A stretch of 58,514 nucleotides of DNA from Thermoproteota archaeon (GTDB lineage: Archaea; Thermoproteota; Nitrososphaeria; Nitrososphaerales; Nitrososphaeraceae). The translations under genes and the position numbers were made by a program. Positions 1 to 10,705 of this stretch are shown here, one piece after another (position 1 is the stretch's first letter; every line of letters begins with the position of its first letter). The notes below the pieces were generated by a model, which saw nothing but the letters and a program-made list of their open reading frames with translations, made no database searches and was not told the origin of the DNA. The DNA lies in NCBI GenBank assembly GCA_046728625.1, contig JBKPEX010000298.1:1-58514 (forward strand), in the 5' to 3' direction.

Positions 1-1
1 G

Positions 2-247
2 TCGAGTAGTCACCTTCCTTTTGTAAAAAATTATTTAACTGCATTGATGCCTACAATAAATTTTGTCGACCCTTCTAGGTCTGTGGCAGTGGAGGTCAAG
101 AAATTCTTGATTTCCAATAGAATGTTAAAAAAAAATGGTAGGGCTAACTTGCTAGTTCTTGTGTCAGCTGAAAAACGGCATTTCGAGAAGATTATTCATG
201 CTATGGGTATAAAAGAATATGTTACTGAGGTCGATCTAACTTTTTAG
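2..247 (+). CDS. Asp/Glu/hydantoin racemase-family protein, C-terminal fragment (5' end outside window)
   Basis: The frame is open from nt 2 (SSSHLPFVKNYLTALMPTINFVDPSRSVAVEVKKFL...) to the TAG at 245-247, so the listed 44..247 ORF is only the tail of a longer gene. The layout xxxH(L/Y)P...(I/V)D(P/S)...tail resembles the C-terminal half of glutamate/aspartate racemases. By-eye similarity only. Confidence 0.4.
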   Translation, partial: SSSHLPFVKNYLTALMPTINFVDPSRSVAVEVKKFLISNRMLKKNGRANLLVLVSAEKRHFEKIIHAMGIKEYVTEVDLTF

Positions 248-344
248 ATCCACAATTCTCTTGTCGCGTATATCTAGCTATTAAAATATATTGGACAATT
301 TAAATAATCTGACCCACTAATTCTATAACCTAACGGTTTTTGCG

Positions 345-2477
345 ATGAGCAGGAGAATAAGAATAGGAATTGATGTTGGAGGTACATTTACTAAGGCTAT
401 TGCATTAGACGTGACACAAAATAAAATTATTGGCAAAATTACCATACCGACAACTCATTCATCAAGCGAAGGTGTCTCTACTGGTATTGTAAATGCTTTA
501 ACAACACTCATGCAAAAATATGCTATTGAAGGTTCCAATGTTGAATTAATATCGCATAGTTCGACTCAGGCAGTAAATGCGTTACTCGAAGGGGATACTG
601 CAAAAGTAGGAATTATTGGAATGGGCGTAGCATTAGAAAAGTCTAGCATAATCAAACGGACAAATATTAGAGATGTGAAGCTAGCCCCGAACAAGTATCT
701 CAGAACCTGCTACAGGTTTTTAGATACTTCGAAATACCTTGAAGATAGCGAAATTGCATTAACGATTTCTGAACTCAAGAAAGAGGGAGCTCAAGCCCTT
801 GTAGTAAGTGAAGCATACGGAGTGGACGATCCAAGTAACGAAAATTTTGTTGTTAAAAAATCTGATATTCCGACTACTGCTGGCAATGAATTAACAGGTA
901 TCTATGGTCTTGAAATCCGTACATTAACCGCAGCTATTAATGCAAGCATTTTACCCAAAGCAATAGGCACTTCCAACTTTGTAAGCTCTGCTGTACGTAA
1001 TAGGAAAATTGCTGCCCCCATTATGATAATGAAAGGTGATGGCGGTATTACAGACCTGAAGACATTCCAAGACAAGCCAATTTTGACCGTCCTTTCAGGT
1101 CCAGCTGCAAGCGTTGCTGGTGCCTTACTTCATCTGCATGTATTAGCCGGCGTGTTTATAGAGGTAGGCGGGACATCTACAAATGTTTGTATTATCAAGG
1201 ATGGAAAGCCCGAGATTAGATACGTAACTATAATGCAACATCCAACTTGCATAAGATCATTGGATGTTAGGGTAGCAGGAGTAGCCGGTGGCTCGTTGGT
1301 GAGATGGTCCGGGAAAAAAATAACTGATGTAGGTCCACGATCTGCTCATATTGCAGGACTTGCTTATTCATGTTTCGCAAATCCCGACGAATTAGAAAAT
1401 GGACAAATTATTACAATTGCTCCAAAGCCTGGGGATCCAATAGATTATATTGGTATAGAGAGCAGCGGCGGAAAAAGATTCGCAATTACAAATACTTGTG
1501 CAGCAAACGCCTTAGCATTGGTTCCTGTTATGGATTATGCTCGAGCAAACGAGGAATCAGCAAAGATTGCTCTATCAATTCTAGCTAAAAGGTTAGGAAG
1601 TTCGTTAGAAGAAACCGCAGAAACCATTTTGGAAATTTCTACCAGAAAAATACTTGATATTATAGAGCCTATGATCAAGGATTATAAACTCAGGAAAGAT
1701 AGTCTAGTATTTATTGGAGGCGGAGGTGGCGCATCAGCATTGGTTCCTTACCTAGCAAGAAAATTGAACATACATTACAAAGTTGCAGAGAATGCGGAAG
1801 TTATATCTTCGATAGGTGTATCTGCAGCAATGATACGTGAGGAATGCGAAAAAACAGTCGATAAACCGGCAACGAGTGATGTTTCTGCATTAATGGAGGA
1901 AGCAAAAGACAGAGCAATTGCTAGTGGTGCATCATCTGACTCTATCACAGTACAGTCGGAATATCTCAGCGAAAGATCATTACTGCGTGCAACAGCAATA
2001 GGAAACATCGCCCTTGATATTGGTACAAAGAATACTGAAGAAATTGATGACTCCAAAGCAAAAATAATAGCAGCTGAATTATTTGGAACCAATAAAGGAG
2101 TTGATCATATTTTTCGTATGAAAAAGTATTATATTTTTGGATGTGAAACAGAGAAAAAAAACTGGTTTTTTAAATCAAGAAAAAGAAAATCAGTTGTAGT
2201 ACTTGACAAGTATGGACGTATCAGATTATCGATTGATAACGCGTTAGTATTCATTGGCAGTCCGGAGCTAGTGTCATGCAAGATTGATGATTTGCTGAAT
2301 GGTTTTGATCAGAAAATATCAAAATCCCAAGATCTGGCTCCTCAAATACATCTACTTGACGATATGAAAATAGTGGATTTCTCGAGTTTAACTTCTCCAG
2401 AAAGCGTTTCGAAAGCTGTCAAAAATGAACTAGAAAAAGTTACTACTAATAATGTGGCTGCGATAGTCAAAATATGA
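345..2477 (+). CDS. hydantoinase/oxoprolinase (HyuA-like, ASKHA fold) family protein with C-terminal extension
   Basis: 710-aa ORF. The N-terminus IGIDVGGTFTKAIALD is the phosphate-1 motif of hydantoinase A/oxoprolinase. Later motifs are MKGDGG, EVGGTSTNV and FIGGGGGAS. The last ~190 aa have no motif I recognise. Confidence 0.7.
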   Translation: MSRRIRIGIDVGGTFTKAIALDVTQNKIIGKITIPTTHSSSEGVSTGIVNALTTLMQKYAIEGSNVELISHSSTQAVNALLEGDTAKVGIIGMGVALEKSSIIKRTNIRDVKLAPNKYLRTCYRFLDTSKYLEDSEIALTISELKKEGAQALVVSEAYGVDDPSNENFVVKKSDIPTTAGNELTGIYGLEIRTLTAAINASILPKAIGTSNFVSSAVRNRKIAAPIMIMKGDGGITDLKTFQDKPILTVLSGPAASVAGALLHLHVLAGVFIEVGGTSTNVCIIKDGKPEIRYVTIMQHPTCIRSLDVRVAGVAGGSLVRWSGKKITDVGPRSAHIAGLAYSCFANPDELENGQIITIAPKPGDPIDYIGIESSGGKRFAITNTCAANALALVPVMDYARANEESAKIALSILAKRLGSSLEETAETILEISTRKILDIIEPMIKDYKLRKDSLVFIGGGGGASALVPYLARKLNIHYKVAENAEVISSIGVSAAMIREECEKTVDKPATSDVSALMEEAKDRAIASGASSDSITVQSEYLSERSLLRATAIGNIALDIGTKNTEEIDDSKAKIIAAELFGTNKGVDHIFRMKKYYIFGCETEKKNWFFKSRKRKSVVVLDKYGRIRLSIDNALVFIGSPELVSCKIDDLLNGFDQKISKSQDLAPQIHLLDDMKIVDFSSLTSPESVSKAVKNELEKVTTNNVAAIVKI

Positions 2478-3026
2478 TCATTACATCAATTAATTCGAAT
2501 GTTATTGTATTTATCTATCTGGTTATTATTATGGCAAAATCCTATGTTCTATGAATATCATTCTTTTTTTGTCATCATCGATATCTGTGTTATCAACAGC
2601 CAGCCAGCGTATTCATCTTAAGCCTCTAGCTAATTTCAGAATCAAACCCAAGGGTGTACATCCACTGTTTGGTACTTTACCTGTTTTTTGGTTGTTTTCT
2701 TGTCTATGTCATAGCCTACTGTTTTGACAAAACTGTCTGGAGGCGTGGAAGAGGGACATCTATGGTTTTCAGTTACCCCTATTTGTATAGCGATCAACGT
2801 CTTGATTCGCAACGAAAAATCTGATCCTTGCCAAATGATTTCCAAATTAGTCTCTAGCAGTCTCCCACTTGTATTAATTGAGTCTTGTTCAGTGAGCTCT
2901 TCCCTTTATAGTATATGTATTCACAACTTCATTTGCTAAATAAGACAAATATATATCAAATTTGCCAGATCATATACACTCTAGCCAATACTATCATCTA
3001 ATAACAACTGCATTTATATAGGATAG

Positions 3027-3818
3027 GTGTATCTATTATTGGGTTTCATTTTCGATATATTGATATCAATTCTAGGATGGCGAAAATGGATATTGGAGCA
3101 GCTCATAGGAAGTGGAGTTCATAACGCTTTACTAGGTGAGCAGTTAAGGCAACTAGCTGGCAGCCATTATGATTCTAATCTAGAATCAGCTATGACATCT
3201 CTTATTGATGAGGGGATAATTATGTCGCTAGAATCGCAACGGAAAAAAAAGTATACTGTTAACTTTGACAAATTGGAGTTAGCGCAAGAATTAATAAATT
3301 CGCCGGCCGATATTATTGAAAAGGATAGTATAATCCAGCCTTACATGCCAGAGCCCGAAGGCTATATTTACTGGTTTGACAATACCGAAAATAGAAAGTT
3401 TAAAAACCAAAGTACATACAGGATTTTTTTCAAAAAGACAGATAAAATGAGTTTTGCAGCACAGTTAATTACAGAAATGACTGTCGAAAAACCTCGAACC
3501 ATATACATGGGATCACTGAATGAATCGAATTCTTTTATTTCTAGGCTATGGCGCGCAGTCACTCTTGTTGTCGGTGAAAGTAAGGATGGGACATTTATAT
3601 TACAAGACCTACAGGATAAGGATCGAGTAGCCTGTGGCAATAATAGACAGCGAGGTAAAATATCCCTTGCAATATTTCGCAAACTGGGTTATGTACAAGT
3701 AGTCGAAACCAAAGGAAATTCAACACGATTTAAGATAAGTGGTAGAAAGCCATTTCCCATTACATTAGATGAAATTTTCAAATACGAGGCCATGTATAGT
3801 AGTCCTCATAATCATTAG
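3027..3818 (+). CDS. hypothetical protein, possible winged-helix domains
   Basis: 263-aa ORF with a GTG start in the track; the true start is uncertain. The N-terminal segment LLGEQLRQLAGSHYDSNLESAMTSLIDEGIIMSLESQRKKKYTVN and the C-terminal segment ISLAIFRKLGYVQVVETKGNSTRFKISG both look like wHTH recognition helix plus wing. No family recognised. Confidence 0.45.
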   Translation: MYLLLGFIFDILISILGWRKWILEQLIGSGVHNALLGEQLRQLAGSHYDSNLESAMTSLIDEGIIMSLESQRKKKYTVNFDKLELAQELINSPADIIEKDSIIQPYMPEPEGYIYWFDNTENRKFKNQSTYRIFFKKTDKMSFAAQLITEMTVEKPRTIYMGSLNESNSFISRLWRAVTLVVGESKDGTFILQDLQDKDRVACGNNRQRGKISLAIFRKLGYVQVVETKGNSTRFKISGRKPFPITLDEIFKYEAMYSSPHNH

Positions 3819-3999
3819 TTGCAATCTGTAATTCAAATAATGTAGTGTAATAAGTTTTTCATAATTTCATCTAGTACCCAGTAGAGTTCCTAGTGCTAGC
3901 CTGTTAAACGCTTCTTTGACACTTTGAGAATAGGTATGTATGTTTGTCCGCAACGCTCTGATCAAGTCCTTTCTGCTAATTATAACGTTTTTAAGATTG

Positions 4000-4929
4000 A
4001 TGTCATTTCAAGATTTAGATCGGATATTGAATAAAGAATTGTCAATAATAGCAGGACCTGCCTCTTCTGATCTTGCAAATAGGATCGCAAGCAGACTAAA
4101 GGCAGAATTGATACCTGCAGAGGTCAATATATTCACTGATGGCGAAAGCAAGGTAAGACTAACAAACGTTAATGGAAGAAACTGCGTAATTGTTCAATCG
4201 ACTTATCCTCCGACAGACCGGCATATATTGCAAATGTTAATGATGATTAAAAAATGTAAGGACGATGGAGCGGCAATTGTTTGTACTGTCATTCCATATA
4301 TGGCCTATTCTAGACAAGACAAATCCTTTTTGGATGGAGAGGTTGTAAGTATAAAATTAATAGCGAATCTGTTAGAATACTTGGGAACGAATATGATAGT
4401 AACAGTAGATATTCATAACATAGATACGATATCACATTTTAAAGTCAATACAAAAAATATTTCTGCAATCCCAAGTTTAGCAACCTATGTTATAGACAAA
4501 ATGAAACTTGATAAACCATTAGTAATATCTCCTGATATCGGAGGAATCAAAAGAGCAGAACAATTCGCAAGTATATTGGACACAGAAATGATCCCTCTAA
4601 AAAAATATCGTGACAGAAATACTGGGCAAATATCTATTACTAACGGTATCTTGGATTCCGGGCTTAACGGCAGGGATGTATTAATTATTGATGATATGAT
4701 AAGCAGCGGTATGAGCGTAATCAAAGCATGCGAGCTTTTAAAGAAGAACAAGTCTGGTCAGATTTATGCGATATGCACACACGGATTGCTACTAAACAAT
4801 GCCAAAGAAAAAATTAGATCGGCAGGAGTACAAGATATAATTACGACGAATTCGATTCCAAGCGAGTTTTCCAAAGTGGATTTGAGCCAGGATATATCTG
4901 AAAATTTAAGTTATATGATGAATACTTAA
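4000..4929 (+). CDS. prs: ribose-phosphate pyrophosphokinase (PRPP synthetase)
   Basis: Motifs: SDLANRIASRLKAELIPAEVNIFTDGESKVRL, YMAYSRQDK and the PRPP loop VLIIDDMISSGMS. I prefer the internal ATG at 4000 (MSFQDLDR...) over the ORF-track start at 3940, which adds a hydrophobic leader. Confidence 0.85.
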   Translation: MSFQDLDRILNKELSIIAGPASSDLANRIASRLKAELIPAEVNIFTDGESKVRLTNVNGRNCVIVQSTYPPTDRHILQMLMMIKKCKDDGAAIVCTVIPYMAYSRQDKSFLDGEVVSIKLIANLLEYLGTNMIVTVDIHNIDTISHFKVNTKNISAIPSLATYVIDKMKLDKPLVISPDIGGIKRAEQFASILDTEMIPLKKYRDRNTGQISITNGILDSGLNGRDVLIIDDMISSGMSVIKACELLKKNKSGQIYAICTHGLLLNNAKEKIRSAGVQDIITTNSIPSEFSKVDLSQDISENLSYMMNT

Positions 4930-5090
4930 TGTCAACTAATTCGATCGCAGTAAACTTTGAATGCATAAAAAAACATTTCATATAGGAATGGGATGAGTAA
5001 TTGCATACCATGAAGAAGATGAAAGGAAGAATCTACTATATCATTAGTTATTTAAAATCAGAATTCAGGATGATATAATGTATGGTAAAC

Positions 5091-6002
5091 ATGAAATTAA
5101 TATTCTTGGGAACTTCTGCTGCAACTCCTACAACAGAACGTGGCTTATCCTCTGTTGCATTAACCAGAGGAAATGAATTGTTGATTTTTGATACAGGTGA
5201 GGGAATGCAGAGAAATTTCATTAAAGCACGACTTGGGATGAACAAAAAAATGAAGATATTCATAACTCATATCCACGCTGATCACTGTTTGGGTTTGCTT
5301 GGACTTTTACAGACAATGTCGCTTCAAGGACGAGAAAAGGCCGTCGATATCTATGGACATCCGAAATTGTGGGAATTCATAAAAGAAAATATGCGCATAA
5401 TAAATTTCGGTTTAATTTTTGAAGTCAATATGCATACAATAGATAACGAAGGTGTTATCGTAGTAGAGAAGGATTATGAAGTTGCATGTTGCAAAGCAGA
5501 ACATCTAATTCCCTCGTATGCTTACCGTGTTTCAGAATATGATAGGCCAGGAATATTTAACGTAGTAGAAGCAAAACGTTTGGGAATACCTGAAGGACAT
5601 CTGTATCACAAGTTGCAATATGGGGAGGATGTATTTTTTAATGGAAATATAATCAAATCAAGTAACATAGTCGGGCCATCTAGAAGTGGAAGAAAAGTTG
5701 GAATATCTGGAGATACAAGACCTACTACCAAACTGCAGGACTTTTTCAAAAACTGTGACTTGCTTATTTTTGAATCAACATATAGCCATGACAAGTATCA
5801 AAAAGCTTTGGAATATTGTCATTCCACTGCAACTGAAGCTGCATTGCTAGCAAAAAAATCTTCTGTTAAGAAACTATTACTTACCCATTTTAGCGCAAGA
5901 TATGAGGATATTCGTAACTTGCTAAATGAGGCACATGCAATACACGAAAATGTAGAGGCTGCTGAAGATCTTAAAATCATCGACATTCCTTACTGTGAAT
6001 AA
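5091..6002 (+). CDS. rnz: ribonuclease Z (tRNA 3' endonuclease)
   Basis: MKLIFLGTSAATPTTERGLSS plus the metallo-beta-lactamase motif ITHIHADHCLGLLGLL and a C-terminal LLTHFSARY. The start could also be the ATG at 5082. Confidence 0.85.
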   Translation: MKLIFLGTSAATPTTERGLSSVALTRGNELLIFDTGEGMQRNFIKARLGMNKKMKIFITHIHADHCLGLLGLLQTMSLQGREKAVDIYGHPKLWEFIKENMRIINFGLIFEVNMHTIDNEGVIVVEKDYEVACCKAEHLIPSYAYRVSEYDRPGIFNVVEAKRLGIPEGHLYHKLQYGEDVFFNGNIIKSSNIVGPSRSGRKVGISGDTRPTTKLQDFFKNCDLLIFESTYSHDKYQKALEYCHSTATEAALLAKKSSVKKLLLTHFSARYEDIRNLLNEAHAIHENVEAAEDLKIIDIPYCE

Positions 6003-6021
6003 GGATATTTTGATTAGATTG

Positions 6022-6077
6022 TTTTTTGAGACTGAGCCCGGTATTATAATAAATGTGACATAATTGGCAGCTCAGTC
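6022..6077. terminator. T6 tract plus 8-bp inverted repeat between convergent rnz and rnhA
   Basis: TTTTTT at 6022-6027 lies 20 nt after the rnz stop. gactgagc (6030-6037) pairs with gctcagtc (6070-6077). Oligo-T tracts are the usual archaeal termination signal. Confidence 0.35.
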
Positions 6078-6146
6078 AAATGCCTTTTCCTCACATTGTT
6101 ATTAACAAATCAGGATTAACTCTGAATCTTCACCGCTGCCACAAGA

Positions 6147-6560
6147 CTATACCTTTGGGTTTTTATATTTAAGATATTCGTCGATTGCTTTATTTGCTAA
6201 AATATCTGCTTCTGTATTTTTCTCGCGAGGAACATGCCTATATACAATACTGTTGAAATGGCTCTCCAGCTTTGAAATCTCTCTACAGATAATTTTTAGC
6301 TGTTTGTTTCTCACTTTCATCTTGTTGTTTCTCTGATTAATTACGAGTTCACTGTCTGAGAAGACTGTAGCATACTTGTCAATAGCTGAAGCAATTTCTA
6401 GGGCTTTTTTTAAAGCGCTGTACTCTGCCTGATTGTTAGTTCTCTGGCCGATGAATTCTTTGTATTCTGTTATTATATGGCCGTCTCTTTTTATTACGAC
6501 TCCAATCCCGGATAGCCCGGGATTGCCACGGCTTGCACCATCGGTATTGATCGCTAACAA
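6147..6560 (-). CDS. rnhA: ribonuclease HI (type 1 RNase H)
   Basis: DEDD catalytic pattern: INTDGASRGNPG, NNQAEYSALKKAL, FSDSELVINQ, NTEADILAN. 137 aa. Confidence 0.8.
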   Translation of the reverse strand: MLAINTDGASRGNPGLSGIGVVIKRDGHIITEYKEFIGQRTNNQAEYSALKKALEIASAIDKYATVFSDSELVINQRNNKMKVRNKQLKIICREISKLESHFNSIVYRHVPREKNTEADILANKAIDEYLKYKNPKV

Positions 6561-6711
6561 CTAGTCCCATTTATCTATAGTTTTATATCAATATACTGTG
6601 TGTTGAATATAAAAAAGATGGCCCGAGTACTAAAGTAAATCCGTCGCCAAAAGTTTAAGAATCAAAAAGCAATAATAATGCGTCTACATGTTGATCTGCA
6701 GATAATCTTAG

Positions 6712-7278
6712 ATGCCAAAACGGAAGGTAAAGGAAGAGAAGGTTCCAAAAAGGCTTGGGAAGAAGGAAATATTGTTAGCCCCAATTGCAATGGGAGCCTC
6801 TCTGTTGTTAGCCTTGGTTATAATACCGCATTTCGCTCCTCCTCCTCAACCAACCAGAATATGTCTTAAAGCACATAATGTAGACACATTCAATCTATAT
6901 CCTACTATTCAGATAATTGTCGATGGAAAAGAAAAGATTATGCCTGCTGGGATGGGCAAGTATCTAGTAAAGGGTAAAGAATGCCTGCATATAATCCATG
7001 TAGATGAGGCAGGAAGTAAAGTACATATAGAATATATAAGACCCATCAGGTTGACTGTTGCCGATTTTCTGAAAATTTATTCTAATAATTCCAAAACAAT
7101 CAACGTAATAGATAATTCAACTGGGACTCCAAAAAGCCAAATCATCCAATTAAATAAATATAATATTATTTATTCTTACTTCTCAGAGAAGGGAGAATTT
7201 ACAAGAGTGAATGACCTATCAAAGTTCCCACCTTTTACTAATAATATGGTTGTAAGATTGCAATTCATTTCCAAATAG
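6712..7278 (+). CDS. hypothetical membrane-anchored protein
   Basis: 188-aa ORF with a basic N-terminus, one predicted TM helix (LLAPIAMGASLLLALVIIPHF) and a soluble domain. No family recognised. Confidence 0.5.
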   Translation: MPKRKVKEEKVPKRLGKKEILLAPIAMGASLLLALVIIPHFAPPPQPTRICLKAHNVDTFNLYPTIQIIVDGKEKIMPAGMGKYLVKGKECLHIIHVDEAGSKVHIEYIRPIRLTVADFLKIYSNNSKTINVIDNSTGTPKSQIIQLNKYNIIYSYFSEKGEFTRVNDLSKFPPFTNNMVVRLQFISK

Positions 7279-7309
7279 ATAAATATAGAATTTTATAAGT
7301 TGATTCGAC

Positions 7310-8335
7310 TTGACAAAAAAAACTGCAGCAATTATTAGAGGTGATGGGACAGGACCCGAGCTAGTTGCCTCAATGATAAACGTTTTAAGAGCATGTAATA
7401 CAGGAATAGAGCTAGTACCATGCGATGCTGGCTCTGAATGGTGGAAGATTAATGGCGGGAGTTCTTATATATCTCCAGAAGTTTGGAAATTGCTAGAAAA
7501 TAGTGATGCATGTTTTAAGGGACCGACAACTACACTTCCTATTCCTAGTGCTCCGCGCAGCGTTGCAGTTAGTATTAGACAGAAGTTCGAATTATATGCT
7601 AATATAAGACCTATAAAAACATACAAGAAATTTGAACATCAGTTAAATTTTGTTTGTATACGGGAAGCAACGGAAGGACTTTACGCTGGTATCGAATTTA
7701 AAACAAGTGATGATTCGGCTATAGCTATTCGGAAAATAACTAAAAAGTGCTCCGAAAGAGTTGCCAGAAAAGGCTTCCAGGTTGCAAAGAGTATGAACTT
7801 TCCAAATGCTTTTATAATTACAAAAAGAAACATTTTGAAAGAAACGGACGGAATATTTTGGGAAGCGATAATAAAGGCTCAGAAAGAGTTTGATAACATA
7901 AATGTTGAAGAGTATTACATTGACAATATTACACAGCAGATTGTTAAAAATCCAGAGAGATTTAATAACAGCATTCTTTTGGGGACAAATTTATTTATGG
8001 ATATAGTTTCAGAGTGCGCATCAGGACATGTTGGATCTATAGGAAATGTATATTCTGGCAATTACGGGGATCATTATGCAATGTTCGAACCCGCACATGG
8101 CAGTGCTCCTAAATATACCAACAAAAACAAAGTTAATCCCGTTGCAACTATATTGTCAGGGGCGTGGATGACAGAATATCTAGGGGAGGTGGACATATCA
8201 AACGCAATATTTAGAGGCACCGAGGATGTCATCAATGAAAATAAATATGTTACCTACGATCTCGGAGGAACCGCCACGCTATCTCAGATGGCTGAACATA
8301 TAGCAGTAAGAGCCGCTAAACTGTTAAAAAAATAA
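7310..8335 (+). CDS. isocitrate/isopropylmalate dehydrogenase-family enzyme
   Basis: [13 protein letters not shown] at the N-terminus, IRPIK..., [10 protein letters not shown] and FEPAHGSAP are hallmarks of the beta-decarboxylating dehydrogenase family. Substrate cannot be assigned by eye. TTG start. Confidence 0.8.
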   Translation: MTKKTAAIIRGDGTGPELVASMINVLRACNTGIELVPCDAGSEWWKINGGSSYISPEVWKLLENSDACFKGPTTTLPIPSAPRSVAVSIRQKFELYANIRPIKTYKKFEHQLNFVCIREATEGLYAGIEFKTSDDSAIAIRKITKKCSERVARKGFQVAKSMNFPNAFIITKRNILKETDGIFWEAIIKAQKEFDNINVEEYYIDNITQQIVKNPERFNNSILLGTNLFMDIVSECASGHVGSIGNVYSGNYGDHYAMFEPAHGSAPKYTNKNKVNPVATILSGAWMTEYLGEVDISNAIFRGTEDVINENKYVTYDLGGTATLSQMAEHIAVRAAKLLKK

Positions 8336-8355
8336 TGTCAAAGTGAATTAAAAGA

Positions 8356-8889
8356 TCACTTAAAACTTAGTTCTATCACTGAAAGTTCTTCGAAAAACAG
8401 ATCACATTTATGAACGATCTTTTTCCTTAAGTTTGATGTCCATACAATATAGTCAAGTTTAGAAAGGTCAGCTAAACTCGACACTATTATTAATAATCTT
8501 CCCTTTTCCTTTAAAGTAGGCAATGCAGACTCTAGAAAATGCAACGTCACTTCAATACCCGTAGGACCTCCATCTATCGTGCAGTCCTTATCTTTGTTGG
8601 CATACTCTTCATTTGGAAGGTAAGGAGGATTAAAAACAATCAGATCGAAGAGCCGGTTACAAAAGGCCGAAGCAGCATCACAACAAACAATCATGGCTTT
8701 AGATGACGTCATTGTCTCACATTGTTGAATAGTCGCAAAACTAATATCGGTTCCAGCAACTATGTTAAAGTTTTTGCATAGAACCCTTAGGATAATACCT
8801 GATCCAATACCGATCTCTAGCGCTCTATCACCATTGTAGTTTTCTACCGATCTAGCCAAAAGGAAGCTATCGATAGATGGCGAATACAT
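8356..8889 (-). CDS. SAM-dependent methyltransferase, HemK/Mtq2-like (NPPY motif)
   Basis: SAM motif I LEIGIGSGII and motif IV VFNPPYLP, typical of N5-glutamine/N6-adenine methyltransferases. 177 aa. Confidence 0.7.
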   Translation of the reverse strand: MYSPSIDSFLLARSVENYNGDRALEIGIGSGIILRVLCKNFNIVAGTDISFATIQQCETMTSSKAMIVCCDAASAFCNRLFDLIVFNPPYLPNEEYANKDKDCTIDGGPTGIEVTLHFLESALPTLKEKGRLLIIVSSLADLSKLDYIVWTSNLRKKIVHKCDLFFEELSVIELSFK

Positions 8890-9303
8890 ATTTTACCTAT
8901 CATTGCCTCCAACTATAAAACAGTGCTCCTCGGAACAGTTTCTTGATATGGTTATACTAATATTGATTTACCGTAATCTAAAATTTTATTGAACTTTCTT
9001 AACTCCTCAAAATGACTCAAAATGATAGGGTTTGAGTCTTTCAATAGAATTTTCTTAATTAAATATCATTGTTTGACAGATAACATGAAATGGCTAAATC
9101 GAGAGCCATATAGAGAATCGTACATAAGTGCAGAACCAATGATACTATGAAATTAATCCTAGTAGATAGTCATTTTATCCTAACAACACCGTTTTTTGAT
9201 AGAGTTCATTATTGAAAGCCAGTATAAAATAAATCATTATAGTTTATTATTATCATTATGATTATAATCATATCTTTTGAATACAATTAATTTTATTGTT
9301 GAC

Positions 9304-10053
9304 TTAATTGTTAATTCTGTATAGTGACCTAGCTAAATTTATCAAGTCAAATGGAGGCAACTGGTCAATTCTAATATCATCGCTATAATCATTGCCTAAT
9401 TCAAAACCATATCGCTTTAATATGGATCTGGCTTGCCTGTTTCTATGGGAAAACAGCAAATTGAGATTAAAGATAGTTTGCTCTGTTATGCCACCTGATT
9501 TAGATTTAGGAAACAGCCTTATTACTTCTGATTCAATGGAAGGTTCAGGATCGAATGATTCCTTTTTTACATTAAATAATCTCTGTATATGGAAACGGTA
9601 CTGTGTTAATACCGTGATTACGCGATAATTCCTTTCTCCTGGGTTGGCTAACAATTTGTCAACGAACTCCTTTTGGACCATAAGTATTGCTCTATTGAAT
9701 TTTTGCAACGACAACCATTGAAATATCTCTCTGCTTTTTGAATAAGGGAGATTCGAAATAAAGACATCAAATTTGGTATTTTTTTTTATTTTGAAAAAAT
9801 CACTATTGACAAGCCTCAAGTTCGGTAAAGCAAGTCTAAGTGGTCTTAACTTCTTATAGAGTTCATAATCGATTTCAAATGAAATAACCGAGCCGGCATG
9901 TCTGCAGAGCTCATTAGTCAAGACTCCGTCTCCTGCACCAAGTTCACAAACTGATTCGTTCTTATTAATATTGGATATTTCAACTATTCTAGCAACAATC
10001 TTAGGATCGATTAGATTATGCTGACCAAGTAATTTCCTCTTCGACCAATTCAT
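9304..10053 (-). CDS. rsmA: 16S/18S rRNA dimethyladenosine transferase (KsgA/Dim1)
   Basis: LGQHNLIDPKIV..., ELGAGDGVLT and ISNLPYS motifs. Its start overlaps the stop of the upstream DUF655 gene by 4 nt. Confidence 0.85.
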   Translation of the reverse strand: MNWSKRKLLGQHNLIDPKIVARIVEISNINKNESVCELGAGDGVLTNELCRHAGSVISFEIDYELYKKLRPLRLALPNLRLVNSDFFKIKKNTKFDVFISNLPYSKSREIFQWLSLQKFNRAILMVQKEFVDKLLANPGERNYRVITVLTQYRFHIQRLFNVKKESFDPEPSIESEVIRLFPKSKSGGITEQTIFNLNLLFSHRNRQARSILKRYGFELGNDYSDDIRIDQLPPFDLINLARSLYRINN

Positions 10054-10667
10054 TTCCTTACAAAGAGATTCATTCTGGCATCTCCAGCAATCTCGTCAAC
10101 AATTCTTTTTGCTACCAATTTTGGCAGATCACGTAGTCCTACCCTATTCTGAATTTCTGTAAAAGATTCAAACTGCTTCCTCTCTCGTTCTTTAATTATG
10201 TTTCTCATGTATGTCTTACCTATACCAGGAATCAATTCAAGTGCATGAATTCTCGGAGTAATTGGTTGAGATATATTTATATATTTGATGAACCTTTTTT
10301 CGTTGGCATTAACTATAACTTCTACAATATTTGGAAGTTCATTCTTTGCAGATTGTGAAATCTCGTTGTATTCTATTCTACCTAAAACACTTGCCACCTT
10401 GGAACGACCCTCACGTCCAATATAGACTCTTTCCCCTACTTCGAAGTTCATGCTTTGGACTCCAAGCAATTCTAACAGCGTAAGACGCTCTTCACCCAAT
10501 GCTTGAATGATAATCCCTTCCCTTCCCCTTACTGTGATTGACTTTCCTCTTTGAGTGAAGTCAAGAACGTAGGCATATTCTTCATATTTTCTAGGGGATC
10601 GCTCCTGTTCTGCATAATAGGATCCAGTAGCCTTACTGCTATGGTTATCGACCAGTGATTCTGGCAA
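10050..10667 (-). CDS. DUF655-type RNA-binding protein with C-terminal helix-hairpin-helix
   Basis: YAYVLDF..., LTLLELL... and LELIPGIGKTYMRNII (HhH). It sits in the conserved archaeal position between rpoF and ksgA. Confidence 0.7.
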   Translation of the reverse strand: MPESLVDNHSSKATGSYYAEQERSPRKYEEYAYVLDFTQRGKSITVRGREGIIIQALGEERLTLLELLGVQSMNFEVGERVYIGREGRSKVASVLGRIEYNEISQSAKNELPNIVEVIVNANEKRFIKYINISQPITPRIHALELIPGIGKTYMRNIIKERERKQFESFTEIQNRVGLRDLPKLVAKRIVDEIAGDARMNLFVRK

Positions 10668-10705
10668 TATACTAATCTCAGCAAATATATTGGATTAACT
10701 TTTTA

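Noticed and set aside
2642-2939. Overlapping ORFs 2642..2845 (-) and 2724..2939 (+) in the 550-bp gap after the hydantoinase-like gene.
   Set aside because: The two are mutually exclusive. Both use or need non-ATG starts, neither has a recognisable motif, and their composition is like the surrounding non-coding DNA. I left them uncalled; the gap may still hold a small gene or ncRNA.
8890-9303. A 414-bp gap downstream of ksgA with an 8-bp hairpin (gactcaaa 9014-9021 / tttgagtc 9031-9038) and a ctcaaaatga x2 repeat. I considered an ncRNA.
   Set aside because: It is very AT-rich, with no conserved RNA motif recognisable. It is most simply the ksgA-operon terminator plus the promoter of the methyltransferase gene.
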